A DNA stretch of 32,488 bases from Chrysochromulina tobinii (lineage: Eukaryota): positions 1 to 32,488 of the forward strand of contig JWZX01002352.1 in NCBI GenBank assembly GCA_001275005.1. The letters run 5' to 3'. Of the stretch, positions 11,745 through 21,617 are shown piece after piece (the stretch's first letter is position 1; each line of letters opens with the position of its first letter). The position numbers were made by a program, and so were the translations under genes. The notes below the pieces were generated by a model that made no database searches, was not told the DNA's origin, and saw only the letters and a list, made by a program, of their open reading frames with translations.

Positions 11745-12145
11745 CGCGACTCTTCCCGCCACAGGGGGAGGTGTGAACGGAGTTGGTGTGTTGTAGTGTG
11801 GCCATGCAAATGAATGCGCGGAGCTCGCCGTTTCTCCGCGACGGGCTGCATGCTGACGCTTCCATTCGATCGCTTCAATCCTCTTCAACTGTAGCCCTTG
11901 TAGATCCCCGCCGTACCCCGCTTTTCTCGGCCCACGGGCCCACGCAGCAAGAATCATCACCGGGCTGCACTTATCAAGCAATCGGTAGCACCCGCCCTTT
12001 CCTTTCTCCCGACACATCCAATCCGGACCTTGCCCTCGCCTCTTTCAGATGCAGCTGCACACTGCATCCGCTCACGGCTCCGCTCCGCCCAGCCTCCCTG
12101 GTGCTCCGGCCTCCGCCGCCGCACACGCAAGTGTGAAGTGATCAT

Positions 12146-12164
12146 TAAGTAAGTAAGTAAGTAA
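12146..12164 (+). repeat. (TAAG)4 microsatellite
   Basis: TTAAGTAAGTAAGTAAGTA. Confidence 0.8.
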
Positions 12165-12614
12165 AACATGCCAACAGGCAGCGTACACGTGGCGAGGGGA
12201 CCGTCCCCAGTGATCATCGGAACCCAGTGAAGTTAGATCGCGACGAGCACCAGAAGTAAAATATATTTGGTTATACATGTGAGATATATGGTTCGAGTCG
12301 CCCACAAACACCAGGCAGGCTCGGAGGATGCAGGATCACACCAAATCACACCAACCACGCCTACGCTTGCACGACTCTCAGCTCTTGAGTATCATTTTTG
12401 TTGAGCTTGTGCACGGCTGTTGAGCGAGCATAGACGTCAACAGATAGTCTCAACACGTCAACAGACGTCGCCTACAGCTCAAGAATGTCCATCTTTCGAT
12501 CTAACTTCGGCCTAAAGGCTCATAAAAGGCTCAGCTGGAGAATTTCGCCATGCCAAATGTACCGTGACATGCGTGGCACTGCTGTGGCATCATGCGTCTT
12601 GCGTGACACAATTC

Positions 12615-13514
12615 CTAGGGTGCATCGATGCACTCATAGGCCTTGCCAAAGTGGATTGAATCTGCGCAACGCTCACGAACATGCTGAATTCTCGAGTAGC
12701 ATTTCGAGTGGTAGTAGTAATATTCAACTGTTGTGATCTCCGTGGGATATTCCGGCAAGTCGCGATGAGCTCTCGGGACTTTGCCGCCGTCCAAAAGCTC
12801 TTTGATACGTGCAGCGATCACATTCAGGCGCGTCTCCTTCTCAACATGATGCCCAGGGTCGCGCCCCTGTGGGTTCCAGCGAAGAACAATCACGTGCGGG
12901 AAGAAGCCATCTTGCACGTACCCATTTTGGCGATAGAGGAACGTCAGCGCCTCGTGCATATCTGTCATCCAGGTAGCGTCGCACTCTTGGAGGCGATCAG
13001 GATGGCCGCCATCTTCATCGCATTCCCAAATTACACACCTTGCTGGGCGGTGACTAAGCCATAGCATATCTGGCCGGCGGCCTTTGTTCACATCGCAACT
13101 TTTTTTGTGTGTGCCAAACATCGTGTCATCGATGCTTGAAGGCAGGTGGCCGGCTCCCAGCTGTTCAAGCTTCGAGAGCAGAGCAGCACGCATGATGAGC
13201 TCGATCCGTTGGGGAGCATTCGAGCTGCACTTGGCACATACGTGGATGTTTGCGTTGCGACGCTGCTGACTCAGGCGGCTACCATCACAGTGTGTGTGCG
13301 CGATACATGAAAACGGGGATCCGGAGCCAAGCTTGCGACCCTTCTCATAAGTGCTGCTTTTGCCGCTCTTGCCGCTCCTGCCACTCTTGCCACTCTTGCC
13401 GCTTTTGCCGCTCTTGCCACGCGTCCCAACAAGGCCGTTTTCACATCTGCATTTCCCCTCCACGTCTCTCTTCTGCTTGCATCGCCGGCAGCTGGGCAGC
13501 GCGGGGCCCCGCAT
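12615..13514 (-). CDS. Zn-finger plus Vsr/EDxH-type (PD-(D/E)xK-like) endonuclease resembling giant-virus MIGE-type proteins
   Basis: First ATG at 13514 (299 aa), intronless. N-terminal CRRC..CRC and CIAH..C..CAKC, plus a (GKS)n linker. C-terminal RRPD..VIWECDEDGGH...ECD...VIVLRWNP...VEYYYY matches the RPD/ExDExxH/IRFNPD pattern recalled for NCLDV and algal endonucleases. Lower GC than neighbouring genes. Confidence 0.65.
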   Translation of the reverse strand: MRGPALPSCRRCKQKRDVEGKCRCENGLVGTRGKSGKSGKSGKSGRSGKSGKSSTYEKGRKLGSGSPFSCIAHTHCDGSRLSQQRRNANIHVCAKCSSNAPQRIELIMRAALLSKLEQLGAGHLPSSIDDTMFGTHKKSCDVNKGRRPDMLWLSHRPARCVIWECDEDGGHPDRLQECDATWMTDMHEALTFLYRQNGYVQDGFFPHVIVLRWNPQGRDPGHHVEKETRLNVIAARIKELLDGGKVPRAHRDLPEYPTEITTVEYYYYHSKCYSRIQHVRERCADSIHFGKAYECIDAP

Positions 13515-13705
13515 TAGGATGTACAGAGATCCCAATGGAACAAGTATGCATGCGGATAAAAAATGGACCACTCACTCACGAGTGGCGCGTGAGAGAGTGA
13601 ATTTTGAATTGAATCCTCAACACACATTCACATTCACACACTTCGTGTGCCTCCTGCTCTCGTAGGAGCCACAGCGTCTGTAAAGAGAGACGTGTGCCAC
13701 TGAAA

Positions 13706-14391
13706 ATGGCGATGACCGAGCTCGAAGCCGCTTACGCCAGGCGCAAGAGCCACCTCATCACTAGTCTCGAGCACGGCATCTTCCTCGGAATGGGCGCGGC
13801 GGCGGCAGACTCCGGCTTGCTCAGCCACAACAGAATCACCCACATACTGAATGTGGCCGACGACGTGCCAAGGTCTGCTGCCACCGAGGGCCTGGTGTAC
13901 TGCTGTCTCAACGTTGGAGATTTCGGCGCGGACGCTGGCATCTCACGTGTGTTTGACGCTGCACTCGCGTTTGTGCGTCCAGCTATCGACTCTGGTGGTG
14001 TCGTGCTCGTTCACTGCGCGAATGGCTCCAATCGATCACCGACGGTGGCCATTGCGCTGCTCATGCAGCTGCGGGATTGGCCGCTCGCTACCGCGTACGC
14101 CCATGTCGCCAGCCGGCGACTAGTGCAGCCGCTCGCCGATAACCGTCGCGAGCTACTGCGCTTCGAGGTGGCGCTGCGCGGCGTGGCCAGCATGGAGGAG
14201 GGCTCCGGAGGCAAGTTGGTGCCCCTTGCTCTTGACTCTAGTGCCGCGCCGCTGACAGCACGAGCAACGCCGCCGCAACCATCGTCGCCGCCGCCGCCTT
14301 CGCTACCGCCTTCGCCTTCGCCTTCGCCATCGCCATCGCCGCCGCCTTCGCCGCCGCCTTCGCCGCCGAACAAAGCCACCGCAACGTTTCT

Positions 14392-14424
<33 letters not shown>

Positions 14425-15367
14425 GCCGCCGCTACCACGCAGCACCTTGGAGGCGGCGATGGCGGGACGGATGGAGGAAGTGGTCACTTGGCTCGACGAT
14501 TGGCTTGAGTGCGGCGATGCTAAGCTCGACTCGAGCGGTGATGTCGTCTCGGAGTGCGCCGCGGTCAAAGCGAAGGACGCCCTCGAAGGCAGCCAGGGCT
14601 GCGTCTCGGCGTGGTTTCACATGGACTCTCGAGTGGAGGCGCGCTGCCAAGAGTGCCGAGAGATGACGTTACTCATTGCTGCCTCGATGGGCGGCCAGAA
14701 GGCTCTGGTGGCCCGCCTCCTTGAGTGCTGTCGGAGTGCGCCCGCGCGCCTCAAGATGACGGGAATGCGCGATGCTGACGGGTACACGGCGCTCATGTGG
14801 GCGGCGGAGCGGGGCGAGTTCGGTGTGGTGGCTGCGCTGCTCAAGGCGGGGGCACTCACAGATCCGCCGTGGCCGTCGGGGGCTGAGTTACAAGAATCAC
14901 CTTCGTCTGAGGCACCATTGTCGTCGGAGGCCAAGGCAGTTTCGACTGAGGGGACCTACCCCCTTATTTCGACGGAGACAGCCCTCACGATTGCGTGCAA
15001 GCTCGGTCACGCTTCGATTGTGTTTGCGCTCGTGCGCGCCGGGGCGAGCACGAGCGCTGTCGACGGGGACGGCGCGTCTGCCCTCGAGTGCGTCGCGCGG
15101 CAAGGGCACGTGGCCGCTGCTAAGGCCTTGATTAGCAAGCAGCAGCTCTCGTCACATGACCCGCACGCGCTTGGTGCCCTGATCGTCGCGGCGATGCGGG
15201 GGCACGGCGCGATGGTGGAGCTCTTGCTGCTGAGTGGGCTCGAGGCCGACGCGCTTGATGGTAACGGGCTATCTGCGCGCTCGGCTGCGCGGATGGAGGG
15301 GCGAGAGGAAGTCCTCGCGGTGATCGATGGCGTCGACCGTCTGAAGCGTGCTGAAGCTTCAAGCTAA
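13706..15367 (+). CDS. Dual-specificity phosphatase with Pro-rich linker and ankyrin repeats
   Basis: Shows IFLG, ITHILNVA and the catalytic VLVHCANGSNRS (HCx5R). Poly-Pro/Ser-Pro run at about 14266-14435. Ankyrin motifs TALMWAAERG, TALTIACKLGH, ARQGH and AAMRGH. Confidence 0.85.
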
Positions 15368-15526
15368 AGGCGAGCGAGTCGCCGAGCGGAGATGAAGAAG
15401 CGACGTGAATAGTGATTTTGTTCCGTTTATCGTGGGTCCCTCGACGACGCGAAGTTGGCGACTATCTCAGACTACTTTTACAATCATACAATGTACCATG
15501 CAGGTCGATCCCGAATCAGACGAAAC

Positions 15527-15588
15527 TTTCCCGCGCGCCCGCAAAGCGCGGACGGCGTTTCCCGCGCGCCCGCAAAGCGCGGACGGCG
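15527..15588 (+). repeat. 31-nt direct tandem repeat x2 upstream of the EF-hand gene
   Basis: TTTCCCGCGCGCCCGCAAAGCGCGGACGGCG occurs twice, identical. Confidence 0.9.
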
Positions 15589-15715
15589 CGGCGCGCGCGC
15601 CGCTCGCGCAAAGTTTACCGGCAAAATGAAACAGAGCCGGCTTTCTGTTTTTTTCGTCGCGCCGTGGGCCTGGGACTTTGGTTGTTCTCGCGGACGTGTC
15701 GAACGATCTCGATAC

Positions 15716-16123
15716 ATGAGTTCCACTACGTTGCTCGACGCCTCGTGGCCCAACAAGACATCTCGGCACGTCCCACCGGTGGCGGCCAATAGCCTGACCG
15801 GGTTCCTTGGCACGTGGGAGCGCAACGTGCTGAGATCCTCGCAGCAGTCAGGCACACTCGGCGCGCAAATGGGCCAGATTTGGAAGTCGAGCCCAGCAAA
15901 TTTCATGACGCTTCCTGTCGCGGTGCAGATGGTGGACGTCGACAAGAGCGGAACCATCGACCGCGAAGAGTTCCGTAGACTGTTGGCGATGAGTGGGTCG
16001 AGCGTGAATTCAGACGCACTCTTCAACAAGTTGGACAAGGACGGTGATGAAACCTTGACCAGGGAGGAGATTGCTCAGCTGCTCGACGTGAGGCGGAGTT
16101 TCATGAAGGCTCGCAATCCATAA
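15716..16123 (+). CDS. Small protein with two EF-hands (Ca2+-binding)
   Basis: ATG at 15716; canonical loops DVDKSGTIDREE and DKDGDETLTREE. Confidence 0.8.
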   Translation: MSSTTLLDASWPNKTSRHVPPVAANSLTGFLGTWERNVLRSSQQSGTLGAQMGQIWKSSPANFMTLPVAVQMVDVDKSGTIDREEFRRLLAMSGSSVNSDALFNKLDKDGDETLTREEIAQLLDVRRSFMKARNP

Positions 16124-16807
16124 GCGTTGTACGGACGCCACAGCAGCGCCTGTGCGCTTGCGCGGCATAGAAGCATTGATGCAACATCGGTTGCTTGACA
16201 AAGCAACGCAAAGAAAGGTGGGAAAACACGCTTGCTCCGCACTCCGCACTCATGTTCAAGTGTCACGGACAGACGAGAGACGGAGCGCCTCACGCTGCGA
16301 GGAAGGACCGTCGGAGACCATGCAAGTCCCAATCGCAACGCCGTCGGTATAGCAGTGTCACGCGCAAGGTCAAGCGGCCTAGATAGGGTCGCTCTTTCCT
16401 CTCTTTCTTATGTCCGATCATGCCTGTACTGCCAGTGTGAGCGCCGTTTTGCGTATTGGTGATCCTTACTGTCTTAGGTCTTCAAGGTCGAAGGCTCGTG
16501 CCGCGTGCGTATGCACTCGGGGCTCCGGGGCGCGCGCGCGGGCCGCGGCGCGCCCCGCGCTAAGCCTATAAAGCCTAAGGGTCGCCTTGCTCGAACATTA
16601 GTTACTTGTCCTGCCATAATTGCCTGACTGTCTATGTCTCTCTGTTGTTCAGTTGGCAAATAAAAACTTCTCTGTTTCTGCCTGTAACGTGCGACTGCGT
16701 TTCGTCAAGCATTTCGCTTTCGGGCAATTTGGCGCTCCGCCGATTGTGCAGCCGATATGCACGTCACCATGCAAGGGCACGGGCGCCCACTACGATCGAA
16801 CATCCAT

Positions 16808-18179
16808 ATGTGGTCATGCGCAGTGGTGCTGGTCCTGCTTGCGCCCGAGGTGAACGCGCAGCAGCCGCCGTCTTTCGTCTCAGGAGGTTCTGTCAAGGTC
16901 GACGGTCCTCCTCCGCCTACACCCATCCCCATGAATCCGGGAGCCCGTCACTCGCACGATGCCGAGATAAATCTTGTGCAGCCGCGGCATGCCCACAAAC
17001 CGCCGCGACACAGAGCGCACGACAATGGCCTAGCGCAGCGCTACCTCGGGACGGCTGGCAATGCCGCCATGAGCGGGAACTGGCGGCTGTGCGCCGACAG
17101 CTACCTCGCGGCTTACTGGGCATGCACCGACGACTGGGAGTATCGGTACATTTGCTGGTCGGGCTACACGTCAGTGCTGCGCGAGGGCAACATCCAGGTG
17201 GCTGCGAGCGACGTGCAGCTGCTCGACGAGGTCGCGTCCGACTCGAGGGCGCCTTCACACCACCGGGTGCAGGCCTTCTTCACACGCGGTTTCGTCGCGC
17301 ACTCGATGCTCAGAGACGACCAAGCGAGCGCGGCCGGGTATGCGAGCGCCGTCCGGGAGGGCGTCAAGGCGCTCGCCGACCTCGCCGCCCGCACCAGTGC
17401 CGAAGGGAAGAGCGCCGTACTGAGCGCCGATGCGAGCATCCTCATGGCCACGTCGGCCGGGTACGTGGCGCCGCGCGGCCCGAGAGAGTGCTCACCACGG
17501 CGCCCCGTCTCCCAGCACGCAAGGGCTCACGACGGCGCCCTCTCCCCACAGGTACGTGCACATGCTGACGAGCAAACTGCTGCACGACCTTCTGGACTAC
17601 GCCGAGGATAATCTCGCGCTGGTGAAGCATGCAATGGCCGAGCAGAGGCGGCTGGGCGAGCTCTCGCGCCCAGGACAGCGCGACGTGCACGACTATGACG
17701 AGGACGAGGAGGGGGAGGGTATGACTTCCTAATGACTTCCTAATGACTTCCTAATGACTTCCTAATGACTATGACGAGGACGAGGAGGGGGCCTTGGCCG
17801 GCATGCAAGTGCTCACCACGGCGCCCCCTCCCCACAGGTACCAAGATCGCCGCCTTGGCCGGCATCGCGCGTCATCACCATGGAGGGCCGCTACGCGCCG
17901 TCGTGGGCGCCACCCGCGACGGGCTGCCCCGATCGGCTCCACGAGGGTCGTGCCCCGCCGCCGTGAGCGCCGCCTTGAGCGCCCAAGACGGCGCGAACCC
18001 CGCAGGCGCCTACGACACGCCGTTGGTGCACACGTCGGCGGCGCTCGAGTTTCGTCACACGTACTATGAGATCGCGCTGCGCAAGCGCGACGAGCTGCGC
18101 GCTGCGCAAGCGCGCCGTCGCAAGCGCCTCGCCGCTGCCGCGATGGGCACGGGCGACGGCGACGACGACGGCGACGACG

Positions 18180-18212
<33 letters not shown>

Positions 18213-18603
18213 TCATCGTCGGCGACGGTGGCGGCGGCGGCGGCGTCGTGGCGAGCGCCGTGACGGCAGATGAAGCTGGCGGCCTGAGCGAGCCGCCAGA
18301 CGCCGTGCTGAGCGCCTCCGCCTCTGGGTACGTGGGCACCCTCGCCTTCGAGCAGCCGCTGCATGCAAGTGCTCACTACGGCGCCCTTCTCTCCCCACAG
18401 GTACGCGGGCACCCTCGCCTTCGAGCAGCCGCTGCCGATGCCGCAGTCGTCGTCACGGGAGTGCCACGTGCACTCGTGCGTGCTCACGGAGCGCGACCAC
18501 GAGTGCCTTCACAGCCGGAGCTGTGAATGGCCGTTAGGCCATCTAAGGCCTGTGGGGGAACAGTTTGTGGCGCCGCGGAAGGTGCGTGAATGGCGGGTCA
18601 AAA

Positions 18604-18635
<32 letters not shown>

Positions 18636-20318
18636 AGCGGCAGTGAGGACGACGTCAGCGACGAGGAGGACGACGTCAGCGACGAGGAGGACGATGAGGA
18701 AGGGGTCGTGGTTGCCAGCCTCGAGCCCGAGCTGAGCCCGGGGGCTTTTTGGCGCCAGCACGTAGGCGCGTACAAGCCCGTCATCGTGCGCGGCGGCGCG
18801 CGCGCCGCCATGGGCGCCCAGCCGTGGGATGACGCCTTCCTAATCGAGCACTGCGCCCTCGCGGATGGGAAGCCGTGGTACGCTAATGACTTCCTAATGA
18901 TTTCCTAATGACTTCCTAATGACTTACTAATCGAGCACTGCGCCCTCGGAAGCCATGGAACGCTGATTGCCACTCATGGGCTCTGGTGATACCCTTGATT
19001 GCCTTCCTCATCGGGTACGCTCTCATCGAGAAGAAAAACCGCATGCAAGTGCTCACCGCGCCCCCCTCCCCACAGGCACGCTCTCATCGTGAAGCAGAAC
19101 CGCATCACACACAACGACCGTCACCCCCTGATGACCGGCTGGACCTTTTGCGACTTCCTCAAGCGCTACAACCGACCCGAGCATGAGAATATGTTGTACA
19201 CGGTCACGCCACTCTCGGAGGCCGGCAGTACGCTACGTCGCTTCCTTTGGCTGCCCGAGCCACTCAGGTGCTCCCACTACTGATGACCTCCCTTGCCTAA
19301 TTAGGTGATACCCTTGATGACCTCCCACTACTTATGACTACTGATGACCTCCCTGATGGCCCCATGATTGCATTTGATGGCCACTCCGATTGCGGCTGAT
19401 GACCACGGGTGGGCGCAGGTGCGCTGAGCTGTATGAGAGCTTGCACGAGGCGCGTCTGTGGATGAGCGCAGGCAACACAACCTCCTCCATCCACTTTGAC
19501 ACCCATGAGAACTACATGCTCCAGCTCGATGGGTCCAAGGACGTGTACATGTACTGCTCGAGCCCAACGGCCGCCTTCCATGCTGATTGCCTCCCTCATT
19601 GCATACAGCTCGAGCCCAACGGCCGCCTTCCATGCTGATTGCCTCCCTCATTGCATGCTGATTGCCTCCCTCATTGCATACTGCTCGAGCCCAACGGCCG
19701 CCTTCCATGCTGATTGCCTCCCTCATTGCATGCTGATTGCTTCCCTCATTGCATACTGCTCGAGCCCAACGGCCGCCTTCCATCTCTCTTCCCTCTCCGT
19801 TCATACCTTTGCCCAATTAGGTGCTGAGATGCGCCTGCCCCTCTTGCCTAATTAGGTGGCACCCCAACGAGTCGCGCAAGCTCTACCTCGACTTCCACAA
19901 CAAGTTCGGCCTCTCGCCCCTCAACGCCGACCGCGTCGACCTCGAACGCTATCCCGAGTTTGCCGCCACGGCGCCGATGCACATGAAAGTGCATGCGGGC
20001 GACGCATTCTACATCCCCGAGGGTCATTGGCATCTCATCATCTCGCACGGGCCGCGCAACGTCGCCGTCGCGCTCGAGTTCGCGCCCTTTGCGCTCGGCG
20101 AGCAGCAGCACTGGCCAGCCCCGGTGACCGAGCGGTACCACTGGCCAGGGCTCTTCTGGGCTGAGTCGGTGCTCATCAGGTATGCGATGCGCGAGCGCTA
20201 CGGCGCCGAGCACTACCACGCGGCCAAGCGCGGCCGGCCCATCACGTGCGAAGAGCTCGTCCCCACTGTCCCCCTCTCTGAGCTCGGATGGCTGGGCTCG
20301 CACGAGCACGCTTCCTAA
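16808..20318 (+). CDS. Signal-peptide-bearing JmjC/cupin-like 2OG-Fe(II) oxygenase with 7 exons: 16808-17460, 17552-17718, 17838-18327, 18401-18877, 19076-19267, 19419-19550, 19856-20318 (857 aa)
   Basis: Six GT-AG introns join the ORF fragments into 2574 nt in one frame. Signal peptide MWSCAVVLVLLAPEVNA; KPVIVRG; LWMS..SIHFDTHEN (HxD); GSK; GDAFYIPEGHWH (distal His). Confidence 0.85.
17461..17551 (+). other. JmjC intron 1 (91 nt) with two tandem copies of the 3' module
   Basis: GTACGTGG...GTGCTCACCACGGCGCCCCGTCTCCCAG-CACGCAAGGGCTCACGACGGCGCCCTCTCCCCACAG | GTACGTGC. Confidence 0.85.
17719..17837 (+). other. JmjC intron 2 (119 nt): 11-mer repeats, exon copies and 3' module
   Basis: GT, (ATGACTTCCTA)4, a copy of the upstream exon, a copy of the downstream exon, then GCATGCAAGTGCTCACCACGGCGCCCCCTCCCCACAG. 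Confidence 0.85.
18328..18400 (+). other. JmjC intron 3 (73 nt): exon-duplicate plus 3' module
   Basis: The first 35 nt equal the first 35 nt of the next exon with 1 mismatch, followed by the module. Confidence 0.9.
18878..19075 (+). other. JmjC intron 4 (198 nt): 11-mer repeats, copies of both flanking exons and 3' module
   Basis: GT...CCCCACAG; splicing gives KPW|HALIVKQNR. Confidence 0.85.
19268..19418 (+). other. JmjC intron 5 (151 nt) rich in TGATGACC-type repeats
   Basis: AG|GTGCTC...GCTGATGACCACGGGTGGGCGCAG|GT; splicing gives EPLR|CAELYESL. Confidence 0.8.
19551..19855 (+). other. JmjC intron 6 (305 nt) with tandem ~52-74 nt units
   Basis: GCTCGAGCCCAACGGCCGCCTTCCAT x4 interleaved with GCTGATTGCCTCCCTCATTGCAT. 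Ends CTTGCCTAATTAG; splicing gives DVYM|WHPNES. Confidence 0.8.
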
Positions 20319-20693
20319 AGTTTCACCTAGTGTACCTAGCTGCTGATAGAATCAAATGTTGAGAAAATGCGGCCGCGAATACTGTATTGGTTATACCCGG
20401 CGCGCCCGCCGCCCGGCAAACGTCGAATAAAAAGTGCACTTATCATGGCACTTAATTTATGTAAGTCACTTATCCGATCCTATCAACCTAATTGTAAATT
20501 GAAGCAACCAACTAACAAAGCTCCAACGGGCTGGGTGTAGCACTTTCCATCACTCTGTTTGGGCCCACTCTCAGTGTGGATAGCATGGGAAAGCAAGAAG
20601 CCGTTCTGCATGCATCGCCGCCGTTTTAATTTTGCGATGACGTTCGGGAATCGTCAGCGAGTGTTAATTGTTGTGTGTTTGCGGTCGCGACAA

Positions 20694-21617
20694 ATGGCGC
20701 CAGAGAAGAACGCGGGCTCGCTCGCCGCAGCCGATGCCCTGCTTCGTTCGCAGCTCCGCCGCGTGGATGAGGGCGTCCGTCAGTCTGGAAATGGCATGCT
20801 AGTGTACCAAGGGAGCATTCTCAGCGAGAGCATGGGCAGGCCTTTACCAAGCCGACCCTTGTCTGCCCGCCCGACTGGCCCCAGTGCGTGGGTGCGGCCC
20901 GGACTGGGAGACGACTCGAGCCCGGGGATCCAGCGCCCAGTCTCCGCACGGAACAGCCGCTTCCCCAATGGCGGCGCCTTCACGGCCATCGAGCGCAAGA
21001 AGCTGCACACGCAGGCGCTGCAACGGCTGCAGAACGACCCGGAGTTTGAGCATCATGAGCATGCGATCACGCCCAACGCCTTTCTGGGCGCGAGCCGCTT
21101 CAGGCAGCTCCTGCCTCCGTCGTCACGGCCTGAATCCACGAGCGTCGCGGGCGCCGTGGCGGCCACCTTCTCGAGCCAGAGCCCGGTAAAGAGCCCGGCG
21201 CCTCGGTTGGCGCCATGGCGGGGCCTCCAAGGGGGCCTCGAGCCTCCACCTCCGCCTTGGCCGCCACCCTCGATGAGTCATTGGGGCCCGAAGGGCGGGA
21301 CGACGACGATGCAATCCGACTTTGTCGACTGGCAACAAGTGTTGCGCCCGTCCGAGAGAGGTGGGCGACCGGTGCGACGACCGGCGGGGTTGTCGCTGAC
21401 GATGGCCTACCCCAATAACGTCCAGGCGCGCCACAAGCTATTCGTGGGTGTGGCGGCCGAGGGCGTCAGGGCGATGCATATAGACCGAACGACGGAGACG
21501 CGCGAGGCATATGGACCAAAGCGGCTCTCGCCACGGCCGTTACCACGGCCGCGCCCGGGCGCCGTCACGGGCGCACCAGTCTGGTATGGTATCCAGAAGA
21601 GTGACCTGTGCTGGTGA
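20694..21617 (+). CDS. Hypothetical Pro/Arg-rich protein, possibly ciliary or microtubule-associated
   Basis: ATG at 20694 follows an AT-rich intergenic region. Contains RPLSAR/RPVSAR motifs and TTMQSDF / TTETREAY motifs reminiscent of Mn repeats (inference). Confidence 0.6.
   Translation: MAPEKNAGSLAAADALLRSQLRRVDEGVRQSGNGMLVYQGSILSESMGRPLPSRPLSARPTGPSAWVRPGLGDDSSPGIQRPVSARNSRFPNGGAFTAIERKKLHTQALQRLQNDPEFEHHEHAITPNAFLGASRFRQLLPPSSRPESTSVAGAVAATFSSQSPVKSPAPRLAPWRGLQGGLEPPPPPWPPPSMSHWGPKGGTTTMQSDFVDWQQVLRPSERGGRPVRRPAGLSLTMAYPNNVQARHKLFVGVAAEGVRAMHIDRTTETREAYGPKRLSPRPLPRPRPGAVTGAPVWYGIQKSDLCW

Noticed and set aside
12285..12313. GGTTCGAGTC...CACCA, tRNA T-loop/B-box-like
   Set aside because: No T-stem pairing and no acceptor or anticodon arms can be formed.
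19551..19782. Regularly spaced 26-nt repeats resembling a CRISPR array
   Set aside because: The spacers are themselves repeats, the array lies inside a spliceosomal intron, there are no cas genes, and the context is eukaryotic.
16808..20318. Fragmented JmjC and AAA+ ORFs interpreted as pseudogenes
   Set aside because: Canonical GT-AG introns restore a single continuous frame with intact catalytic motifs.
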